A DNA stretch of 64,000 nt from Phaeosaccion multiseriatum (taxonomy: Eukaryota; Protista; Ochrophyta, other classes), in the NCBI GenBank assembly GCA_965112735.1, contig OZ218954.1, forward strand, positions 1,674,001 to 1,738,000, in the 5' to 3' direction. Under the pieces are notes generated by a model. That model did no database searches. It was not told where the DNA came from and worked only from the letters and a program-made list of their open reading frames with translations. Shown one piece after another: positions 12,077 to 23,401 of this stretch (its first letter is position 1; the number at the start of each line of letters is the position of its first letter). The translations under genes and the position numbers were made by a program.

Positions 12077-13743
12077 TTAGTAGCGTGCGTTCTCAGGAGG
12101 TTGGGGTAACCTTCTGTTGGCAGCGGCTCCCATCTCCTGTCGAAGTGACACGAGCACCTGCTCCATGCCGTAATTCCTATTCCACTGCGCCAAAATGGGC
12201 AGCTTACTCTTGGAGACCTAACAAAAGTACACGCATTTGGGGGGGGGGTGCACGATACCCAAAGAGGGGAAGGGAAGACAAGAGAGGAAGAATGGGGGCG
12301 TGCGAAACACTTTTGGGTGAGTGTGTGTGGGTAGAGTCCATACCATCACTCCAGGGCGGACAGCGAGTGGCACGGAGCTCACAAGCTCACCCAACAACAG
12401 CTACGAAGCTACAGCTACGAAGCTACAGCTACGAAGCTGCAAGACGGCCCCGTATGCACTGGGGTATGAGAGATGACACTACTTTGGCCACCCCAGCCAC
12501 AGGCCGCAGCAGGTACCACCGCACCGGTAAAAGTCCCTCTCCTCTCCTCCCTTCCCCTCCCCTCCCCCCCTCCTCCTTCTCGTCCTCAACCCTCCCCCTC
12601 CTACTCACCTCCCCGGTCCTCTGATCCACGCAGGGGATATTTACGCGACTGCTGAAACGCACCAAAGGCGCCACATCTGGATAGTTCTCCCCACAGTGCA
12701 GCCGCAGCTCATAGAGCCGCCCCTCGTGGCTGGTCTGTTCGGGAGGGGAGGGGGGGGGAGGGGAGGCAAGAAGGAAGGCATTAAATGGATGCGAAGGGAG
12801 TGTGAGCATGCGTGCGTTGCGTTATGCAGTTGCAGTGAGGTTTCGGTGTGCGTGTGCCCACATGTACCACAACAAGAAAACACACACATGAACACACACA
12901 CACGCCAACAAGGAGCAGAGGAAAAGAAGCCAAGCCCAGTCTCACTCACCCCTTGGGGGCCGAGAATGGTGCCGTTCCAGTCCGTCATAAAGATGTCCTC
13001 CCCGTCCACGAGCCCGAAGGAGATGCTCATATCGCCCAGGCCCTTCTCTGCCTTCTCCAGCTCCTCCAACAGCTTAAAATTGCGAGGGACTGTGAGTGAG
13101 TGAGTGAGTGAGTGAGTAAAAAGGCAAGAGGCAGAGGCAGAGAGAGAGGGTTGTGCAGGGAGGGTTGCAAGTGTGTACGAGTGAGTGAGTGGGAGTCAAG
13201 CAGTCAGGTAGTGAGTCAACAAGTCACCAGGGACGACAGGAGCAGCAGCAGTTGAGAGGGGTGGGAAGGCGGTGAATGAGAGGAGAGGGGCGAGAGGGGT
13301 GGCAGAGAAAGGAAAGCAGTGGAACGTGTCGGGGGATAATGCAAGAGCTGTCCATCCGTCTCTACCGCCGAAATAAAGATGTGCAGTAGGCCAACTAAGC
13401 ACTGCCAGTCAGTAGAGAGAGAGAGAGGGTGGGGGCCTGTGGGGTGGGACTGCACACCCGCAGAGGTAGAAAGGATGGGCGGGAAGAGGGAGGCCCACAA
13501 CAAAGGCCGCCCAAGACCGCCTGTAAAGCCGGGGAGTCACTAAAGCATAGACAGCCCCTTCGACCCCTCCGTCCCCTCACCCTCCTCCTAGAGCAGGGCT
13601 TTTCGTAACTCTGGTCGATATGCCCCTTCTCTCTCCTTTCTTCTCCCACTCTCCTCCGGATTCTGTTCCACCCTCTTGGACCCCTCCCTCCTTACAGCGG
13701 GTAACTTACTTAGGATCACCTCGCCCGTTGCTGTCGTTTGCAT
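12077..13743 (-). CDS. UEV1: Ubiquitin-conjugating enzyme E2 variant (UEV1/MMS2)
   Basis: Four exons give [41 protein letters not shown] / [37 protein letters not shown] / [42 protein letters not shown]. Lacks the HPN motif of catalytic E2s. Confidence 0.95.
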
Positions 13744-14143
13744 GGTTTCACGTATGTGCGTGCGAGTGTGCTTTTCCTGCCGTCCTCCTCCTTTGCCTCA
13801 CTCTTCCAGGCTTTAAGCTCCCCCTCCGCTTTGCTCTCTTCTCAAGGGACAAGAGGACGTCTCTATATACAAGAGGAGGTTGTAGGGAGGATGGCACGTA
13901 TCTCGTCCTTCTCAGAGACTCCACTGACGAACTAGTCGGCCTAGTTCTAGTGTTTGACGGTAAACACTGCAAGAGGGGCAAAGCCTCGATATCTCCTTTT
14001 TCTTTTGTTTTTTTTTCTTCCCCCCTTCCTTCGCACCACAAAATCCCAGGGGGGTATTGTGGAGCTCCTCTATATTTAAAGTAGAGCTGTCTCAACGGGC
14101 AGTGAAAAAAAAATATCCCAAAATTTACATAAAAAAAGAGGAG

Positions 14144-17100
14144 ATGGCTGCCGCTGCTGTGCAGATACCGCGAGGTATCGACCCAGTTTGGTGCGTACTC
14201 GCTATTTTCTTGAGAATAGTACGCTGTGCTGGTCCAGAACCGGAAAGGGCAAGGAGAAATCCCAGCTGAATTTTTTTGCCGCCCTCTCCTCCTCCTTCTT
14301 ATCCCCTCGTTCTTCTCCTTCTCTCTGTTTATTCCATACTCAGGTATTCCCTTTCCAAACTACGGCGGAGGAAGTTCGACGATTGCAGTAGCATATGCTC
14401 AGAGATCTTAGAAGTCAACAATAGAGACCAGGTACTTCGCTCTCACCAGCTCTCCGCCTCTTGCCGAACCGAGCGCCCCCTCTTCACTCTTCTGCACCCA
14501 TGCCCCCTTTGTCTGCCTTCTTGAAATCACCCCCGTGTTGCTCACTCACCCCTACCTCCGCATGATACGCCCATCAATACCCAATGCCCTTGCTCCACAG
14601 GCCGTGTGGTATCTCAAGTGCCGAGCGCTGGCCCTGAATGAATATGTAGATGATACTGAGATGGAGGAGGAGGGGGTTGGGGAGGTTCTACTTGATGACA
14701 ATGCGACGGCAGATATGCCGAGACCAGGCACATCCCTTAGCAGGTACGCCAAGCTTCTCGTTTTAGACACAGAAGGCGAAGAAGACCTGAGCCTCAGCCC
14801 TGCTTTTCGTTTGTAGAGCTGCTGCTGTGCCCCAGATCCTGACCCCCTCCCGTGTCTTCCTCCCCTTTGTTCTTCTCTCTCAGACCAATGACTCAGGCCC
14901 TAGGAGGCAATCAAGGTATCAGGAGGGGAGAGAAGCAGAACCCAGCCCTGCTGATAGTCGACTTGAAAGAGGACAGATTGCGTGTGCTGTATGTAGAGTC
15001 ACGTGACACATAGATAACACACCCTTCCTCGCGTATCCACTCAATTTCAAACATGTCCACCCCCCCCCCCCCACCCACCCACCAAGGTGTGAGGCCAATG
15101 ACTTCATCGGGACGACCGCTGACGGGATTCAGCAGGCCGGGCACTTCTTCTCGCGTAAAGACGGGGCAGACAGACGTGTCTACCGCGATGAAGGGCACCA
15201 AGCCCGGCACAGCGAGACCCACCACGATCATGGGCAGGTATGTTTAGCTTTTTCTGTTCCCTTGCCTCGACAATGGCCCGCCCCCCCCTCTTGCTTGCCT
15301 GCCTACTGAGAACGTGAGAGTGAGAGGAGCTGAGGCTAATCCGTGCTGCTCCTGCTCATGCTCATGATCCTGCTCCTGTTGCTGCTGTATCACCGACTTC
15401 TGCTCACTGTTCGTCAGGGAAGTGCGGCTGGGCACGGCGAGCATGGCGTCTAGTAGCGGCAACACCGGCGTGCTCTTCATCAACACGGACCGCTTGGACT
15501 TCCGCAAGTACGCCAAGAGGCCACCGCTGGCCATGGTGCTGGAGGAGTACCTGCTGCACGTGGAGGTGTGTGGGCAGAGAGAGGCATAAAGGCAAAGCAG
15601 AGGCGTATGGGAAGGGCAGAGGTGTTTGGGCAGAGCAGAGGCTTAGGTAGAGCAGAGGCATATTTGAAGGGCAGAGCAGAGGAGCAAGTGAAAGCCGACG
15701 CAAGGTGTCGTGTGCCGGTTAGAAGCGTGTTGAGTGCTGTCTACCCCTCTTTCCCGTTAAGGGGAACGAAGGCTCAGTGTCAACCTCTCTTGTGCTTCTT
15801 CTTCCACCGCAGAGGAATCCCCGCAAGGCCTTGGAGCTGGCGTCGGAGGCCACCGTTGCCTATGAGTACAAGGACTGGTGGTGGAAGGCCAGGTAATGCG
15901 CATACCCACGCACGCAAGCACGCACACACGAACACACACACGCACACGCACATACACGAATACGTAAGAAAGAATATGCAACGCACGCATACACCAACAC
16001 ACTCACTCACTCACTCTCTCACTCACCCCCACCCCCTCCTTACCCCCTCTCTCCCTTACCCCAGACTGGGTAAGTGCTACTACAAGCTGGGGCTACTGCG
16101 TGAGGCAGAGAAGCAGCTGAAGAGCTCCCTCGACGCGCAGGAGATGGTGTGCACATACCTGGACCTATCCAAGGTAGGGTGGCAGTACCTGCTGTTAGTC
16201 AGTCAATAGCACTACCTGGTGTTAGTCAGTCAGTAGCAGTACCTGGTGTTAGTCAGTCAGTAGCAGTACCTGGTGTTAGTCAGTCAGTAGCAGTACCTGG
16301 TGTTAGTCAGTCAGTAGCACTACCTGGTGTTAGTCAGTCAGTAGCAGTACCTGGTGTTAGTCAGTCAGTAGCAGTACCTGGTGTTAGTCAGTCAGTAGCA
16401 GTACCTGGTGTTAGGCAGTACCTGGTACTGGCGTCTCTCCTCTATCCCTCCGACCCCTTCTTCGACTGTCTTCTCATTCCCTCCCTCCCCTTCCTCTCCC
16501 CCCAAAGGTTTACCTCCGACTCGACCTTCCCAACACCGCTCTGGACATGTTTATGAAAGCTCTGGAGAAGCACCCTGGGGAGAGCCGTCTCCTCGTGGGC
16601 ATTGCGCGTCTGCACGATACACTCAACGACAGCGCCAAAGCCATTCCTAGCTACAAGGCTGTACTCAACCTCGAGGCCAGCAACGTGGAAGCTATCGCCT
16701 GCCTCGCTGCCAACCACTTTTACACCGACCAGCCCGAGTTAGCTCTCCGCTACTACCGCCGCCTGTTGCAAATGGGCGTCAACAACACGGAGTTGTGGAC
16801 CAACTTGGGTCTCTGCTGCTTCTACGCCTCCCAATATGACATGGCACTGAGCTGTCTCCAACGTGCCTTGTCCATGTCAAGCGATGCCAACATGGGTGAC
16901 GTTTGGTACGCGGTGGGCCAAGTGGCCATTGGTATCGGAGACTTGGGGCTGGCGTATCAGGCCTTTCAGGTAATCGTGCGTAGCAACACGTATGTAGGCA
17001 GGCATACGCTGTACGTGTGTAAGTACGAAGGCAGACAGATGGATGCATGGAAACAGGTAGACAGGTAGACAGGAAGATGACTCCCTCCGTCCCTCCCATC

Positions 17101-17297
17101 ACCTCCCCTCCCCTCCCTCCATCCTCCGTAGATTGCCATTTCGGTGGACAAGAATCACTCCGAGTCCTACAGCAACCTGGGTGTGCTGGAGATGCGCAAG
17201 GGGCAGACCGACGCTGCGAGGAACAACTTCCGCACCGCACAAAGCCTGGCGCCTTACCTCTACGAGCCCTTCTATAATGGCGCCCTGCTGGCCTACA

Positions 17298-17378
<81 letters not shown>

Positions 17379-17772
17379 TGTGTGCGCGCGTTCGTGTGTG
17401 GTATGTGTGTGTTTGCGCGTGTGTGCGTGTGTGTGCAAGCGAGTGTGTGCGGGCGTTTGGCGGAGTCCTGCTCTTATTCTCATCCACGAGACCGTCTCCC
17501 TCTGGCCACTCTCTCTGCCCCTCTCCACGGCTGACCCACTCACTCACTCACTCACTCACTGCCTGCCTGCCTACCTGCCTGCCTGCCTGCCTGATTGAGT
17601 GCCCATATGCCTCTGACTGACTAATTGCCCATATGCCTTGACTGACCGAACCCAGGTTGGCGACTTCCCGGAGGCCTTCTCCACTGTCAAGAAGGCCCTG
17701 GAGGTGTACCCGGACCACAGCGATAGCAAGGAGCTGCTCAGGCTACTGCAGCAGCACTTCGCCGTGCTATAG
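14144..17772 (+). CDS. BBS8: Bardet-Biedl syndrome 8 / TTC8, BBSome TPR subunit
   Basis: [120 protein letters not shown]; TAG at 17770-17772. Confidence 0.97.
16180..16428 (+). repeat. 27-bp intronic minisatellite (GTAGCAGTACCTGGTGTTAGTCAGTCA)n, about 9 copies
   Basis: Near-identical units start a few bases after the AAG|GTAGGG donor of a BBS8 intron. Confidence 0.95.
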
Positions 17773-18644
17773 CTTAGCAGGTAGAGCTTATTTTAGCTGC
17801 TGCTTTAGCTGTAAGGTGGAGGGCTGCCCAGCCTACTGCAGCAGCACTTTTGCTGTACTATAGGCTTTCCCTGCTGCCTTGATTGGAGCTTTGCTATTAG
17901 TAAGGGCGGCCCTTCATCGCTGTGCTGATACAGCTCTTGCTTTTGATAAAGCTGTTACTTGAGTAGAGCTGCTTGGGTGAAAGGTTCACGCAGGGCTGCT
18001 CGTCTACTTTTCATAGCCTTTCCATCGCTCGCCGTGCTATTGAATGCAACTGCTTTGCCTAGAGCTAACTGCCAGGGTATAGTAGGCGGACGGCTGTCCG
18101 TCTGCGGTCGACGGGGTGGGGCGGTGTGCTCGCCTGTACTTTGTTCAGGAGTGCGAGAGAGACTCGGCGTGGAGGGGGGGAGACTCCTCTCCTTGCTCGA
18201 TCCTCCCCAATGGGATGTACATACATACGCACATACACACATACATACATACATCCACAGCTTTTTTTGTTGAAGCACTTCATTCTTAGTATGATGCTTA
18301 CGATAGGGCTTTGATATACATGCTGCTGCTGCTGTATCACCACCAACTGCTGCCGCTGCTGCTGCTGCTGCTGCTGCTGTTCCTACTGCTGCTGCTGTTC
18401 CTACTGCTCTTCCAATAAAGACTCGGTGGTTAATTGGAGAAAGGCTTCCTCCGAACCGCGGGCCTCGGCAGCAGGGTTGTGTGGATGTAGGGCATCTCAA
18501 CATCATCTCAAGGAAAAAAAAGTCCTCGCAGTTCCTCCCATCCTACCTCACTCTGCCCTGCGCCTCGATGAAAGCACCTGCCTGTGATTGTAAGACCTTA
18601 ATACCACCATCACTAGCTGGATGGAGATTGACCTGCCTCATTCA

Positions 18645-21600
18645 TCAGAGCTCTTCCTTGCCTGCCTCCTTCTCTCCCCCTTCTACCTCCTCCTCCCCCT
18701 CCTCCTTCGCCTCTCCCTCCTCACCCTCTTCCTTCTTCTCCTCCCCGTCCCCCTTTCCCTCCTCCCCCTCCCCCCCCTCCTCCTCCTCCTTCTTCTCCAC
18801 CTTGGGAGCAGGCTTCTTACTAAGCCGTGCAAACACGACCTTCAGCGAGTGCAATTTGGGCTCCACGTCGGCGGCCGAGAAGGCTGGTGTTTCGTGGCCT
18901 GGTGTCTCCGCCTGGGCGGCCTCCTTGTCGTTGAGCCACTTCTCAACATCGCTCACTAGCTCCAGCACCTCTGTTCGCTCCTCTTCTGTGATCCATGGCC
19001 GCTTCGTCTCCCACTCCGCCATCTGGGAACGGAGGTACGCACGCACGCGCACACGCACGCACACACACACGCACGCACACACACACGCGCACACACACAC
19101 ACGCACACACACACACACACACACACAAGAGAGAGAGTGACAGAGAGGTAGAGAGAACGAGAGAGGGAGAGGGTCGGTTAGACCAGTGTGGGAAATAAAA
19201 GCGCCACATTAAGAAGCCCACTGGCGGTTTCCTCTCTGTGCATACACACACACACATCCAAAACCTCTAGTTCCCCCTCTCCTCTCCTCTCTCTCTCGGC
19301 TGCGTCCCTTCATATTACACACACTCACCCACCCACCCACCCACACAAATACGTATACTTAGGTTGAGTATCTGTCGACATGAGCGTAAACATACGGCAA
19401 CGACTACCTACATACCCTCTCACCTTATCCCCCACGCGTTTCAAGTCGCCCCTCGCGCTCTCCACCGCTGCCGGTCGAGCAGTGAGCTCCTCCCATCGCG
19501 TAAAGATGGGGTCGGCCACATTCTCTAGCGTCAGCTTCTTCGCTCTATATACAGGCGCCTCCTCGTCCCACCCATCGTCATAGAGCCATTCCTCCAGATC
19601 TCCAGACAGAGCGATCACCTCCTGTGGACGAAGTGCAGGATAGGGTAGGGTAGGGTACGGTAGGGTAGGGTAGGGTAGGGTAGGTGTGTGGTAGGGTAAG
19701 AGTAGGGGAGGGGAGGGTATCGATCACACACCACACATGAAGTGTAGTTCAAAGCAGAGCAGGGTGGGGGCGGGGGGGTGGGGAGGGTCGTGGTTGGGGT
19801 GGGGTTGAGTTGCCAATGGAATCGCGTTGGGTGCTCAGACGAAGGGAGTCACAGATGCCACGGATGAGTAGGAGGGAGGGAGGAAGGGGAGGGAGCCGAG
19901 ACTAAGTGCGTGTTCAAGGGAGTGCCTCCCCCCCCGCCCGCCCGCCTCGCTTATTCTTTCGTCTTGGAGCTCGTTGGTCATCCTCTTCTCTCTCTCCCTC
20001 CCTTCCCCTCCTCTGTCCTCCTCCTCTCCGCTCGTTGGTCACCCTCTTCTCCCTCCTCTCCCCTCCCCTTCTCTCCCCTCCTCACGCACCGATCGCATGT
20101 CGTCTGTGCTCACGGCCTTGAGCTCATCCTCCTTGTCGTAAAGCTTGTTCCTCACGGTCAGAATATAAGACTCCAATCCGTTCTTGGCTTCCTCCTGAGA
20201 GTGACAACGACAAGATCAGAGAGAGGGGGGAGAAAGAGAGAGAGAGGCGAGAGAAAGAGAGAGAGAGACAGGGGGAGAAAGAGGATACAGAGAGCGAGAC
20301 AGAGAGGGGGGAGAGAGAAGAGAGAGAGGGAGAGAGAGGATAGAGAGAGCGAGACAGAGAGAGGAGAGAGAGAAGAGAGAGAGGGAGAGCAAGAGAGATG
20401 GAGAGAGCAGAGGAGAGAGGTAGGGAGATGTGTGTGAGTGAAAGTACTTCATACTTCACGTACACCCACACGTCGTTGCGTCGAGGCATCGCCATCGTCA
20501 AGCACACGCTCCCTCCACACAATAGGAAGGAAGTGAGTTGAGTACAAGTGAAAGCCTGCAAAGCGATGCAGCCCCCCCCCCCTTCCCTCCCCTCTCTTCT
20601 CTTACCTTCTCCTTGCGCAGGTGATCGGCCTTGTTGAGGGCATCAATCTTGGCCAGTCCGGCCTTGAGATCCGCACCCACAAATGGCTTTACGGTCATGA
20701 ACTCAAAACTCTCTACGATGTCGAGTGGCTGCTTCTTCTTTTCTGTCACCATTTTGGTCTTTGTCACCTGCTTGGTCTTCTTCTTCTTCTTCTTGATCTT
20801 CTTCTTGTCCTTCTTTTTCTCTTTCTTGTCCTTTTTACTCTTCTTATCCTTCTCTTTCTTACTCTGCCGAGCAGCAAAGCAAGAGCAAGCAGCAGGAGCA
20901 TGGGAAGGAAGGGCATCATGGGTCGGTGCCAGGAGTATGGTGTCGCAAGAAGGCCGCAGGCAAGGCGGAGTTAGACGACAACGTCATGCACTCATACTCT
21001 CCTCGTATCGTACGACACATCTTTTCCCCTTTGCCCCTTGCTCCTCAATGCTCAGCGCTATGGGCAGTATAGAGTCAAGGGTATAGATAGAGAGTCAAGG
21101 CTTCATCACACACCACACGTGTCGTCACCATCACTCAAGCCCCTTGCTGTCCCGTTCCATCCCGTTTGCATGCGTGCGTGCGTGCGTGGGGCGGGGGCTT
21201 AATAACCAAACCGAAACTCCCTTCTCTTGAAGCCAGCCCGACCCTCAGCGCAGTATGTGCGTGTGTGTGTGCGTTCATGCCCTCACCTTCTTATCGTCGC
21301 CATCTCCCTCCTCCTCCTCCTCCTCCTCGTCCTCTTCCTTGCCCTCGCCCTCCTCGTCCGCCGCCGTCGCCGTCTCCTCCTCCTCTTCCTCCTCTTCCTC
21401 CTCCCCCTTCTTTCCCTCCTCTGTGCCCTCATCCGACGCAGCCTTCTCGTCAGTCTCGCCATCCACTACTGTCGCTGTTGCTCCTTCCTCCTCCTCCTCC
21501 TCATCCTCTACCGTAACCGTTTCCTCATACGTCACCTCCTTTCAGAGGATTACACGGATGGAGGGAGGGAAGGAAGGAAGGAAGGAGGGGGGCGGGGGGT

Positions 21601-22054
21601 GTCAGCTTATCCGCCGATGGCAATCAGTCATCACTCTATCCGCTTACCTCCGATCTCTCCATCACTACATCCCATTCGTCCATCCATCCCTCCATCCATC
21701 CACTGCCATCTACCCGTGTACCCCCACCTACCTTCTCAAACTCCACGTGTGCCTCTGCGCTAAGGAGGGACGTTAAGCCACTCGCATCCGTGGTGAAGCG
21801 CAGAGTGACCTTGGGCTGCCCCATGCCCTCCTCACTCATCTTCACAGCAAAGTCCGCAATGCCCGTGATGTTGTACGAGGTGAGCATCTGCTGCGTGCCT
21901 GCCGGGAGGAAAGGGTTCTCCTGCGGCGGGTGGTGGTGAGGGTGGGATAAGGTGAGGCGAGGTGAGGTAAGGTCACGTAAGATGAGGTAAGATAAGATAA
22001 GATAAGGTAAGGTGGGGCGACGTGAGGCAAGGTGGGGCAAGGCGGTCGCAAGGG

Positions 22055-22094
<40 letters not shown>

Positions 22095-23370
22095 CGAGCG
22101 GGGGGCGGTGGGGGGGATCGGGCAGGTAAGAGAGCGCCATGCCACAGAGCTCTGCGCTTTCGGGGTCTGTATTGTGATCGCTTGCGTCTCAACGCTCCTC
22201 CTCCTCCTCCTGCTCCTCCTCCTCCTCCTCCTGCTGCTGCTGGTCCTGCTCACCTCTGCATAGGTTACGTTGACTTGCATGTCTGAGACATGCGTGAGAG
22301 CAATAGTCTTCTTGAAGGGCAGGGGAGTTGCCGCTTCGTACAGGTTGAAGCGCTTCCCCCATGCCTCAGCCTCCTTGGCGTTCTTCTTCTTCTTCTTTCC
22401 GCTCTCCTCCTCCTTGCCAAACAGCTTGCTCCACGCGCTCTGTGTTGTGGTTTGTGAGGGGATCGGGTCAGGATGAGGCGCGTAAACGACTTGACACGAG
22501 ACGCAGCCATGAAGGCCTGCTGGGGCAAAAAAATATATAAAGTCCACTCAACGCCCGCATTCCCTCTCTCGCACTCACTCACTCACTCACTCCACGCCCC
22601 TCAACCATGCACGCACGCACGCACGCACGCACTCATCACCCATTCAAACTCACACTACACCCCTCTCGACGCTCCCGCCCCCACGCACGCACGCACGCAC
22701 GCACGCACTCACATCCTTCTCTTGTGTGTCGATGTCCTTGAGACTGACGTCAACGGCAAAGGGCGTAATGTCCGTCAGGCCCACGGGTCGCACTTGGAAG
22801 CTTTTGGAGAGGTTTGCTCCTCTAAACACCGCTCCGAGGGCCATCGACTCGTCTCCATTCAAGTGTACGCCAAGGCTCAGGGCCTCGTTGTCTGGGGGAG
22901 AGGAGGAGAAGGAGAGGGAGGAGCAGGAGGATGAGGAGGAGGAGGAGGAGGAGGAGGAGGAGGACGACGACACGTAAGGAGAGGGGCATGGAGTGACGAT
23001 GCCATCGTTGGTAATTCCCGTAACGACTATCAACACACTTCCTTCCCTCCCCCCCTTCTACTAGAGGGATTTGAAGAAGCTTCAAAGACACGTTGCCATG
23101 GTGGCACATACGTTGGTGATATGATACACGTCTTGGCGATACACGCACGTCGCCAATCTTGCCTGCCCCCCTTGTCCCCTGCCTACCTGCGTTGGTCGCT
23201 CCGTTATCCTTGAGGTATTTGTTGAGCCTCTCCTGTACCTTGGGTGTCCTTACGCCCCCCCCAATCATCTCCACCTCATCAATGTCCTTCAAAGTAAGGC
23301 CTGCCATCTCCAAGGCCATCTCAATGGGGTGGAGGAGTCTTGTGTTTCCACATCGTGTTCCAAACGGGCG

Positions 23371-23401
<31 letters not shown>

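Noticed and set aside
16180-16428. Second CRISPR-like array / 135-aa VAVPGVSQS repeat protein
   Set aside because: Pure tandem repeat without spacers, lying inside a BBS8 GT-AG intron.
19638-19700. Interstitial telomere
   Set aside because: The unit is TAGGG, not TTAGGG/TTTAGGG; it is short and intronic, like the other microsatellites.
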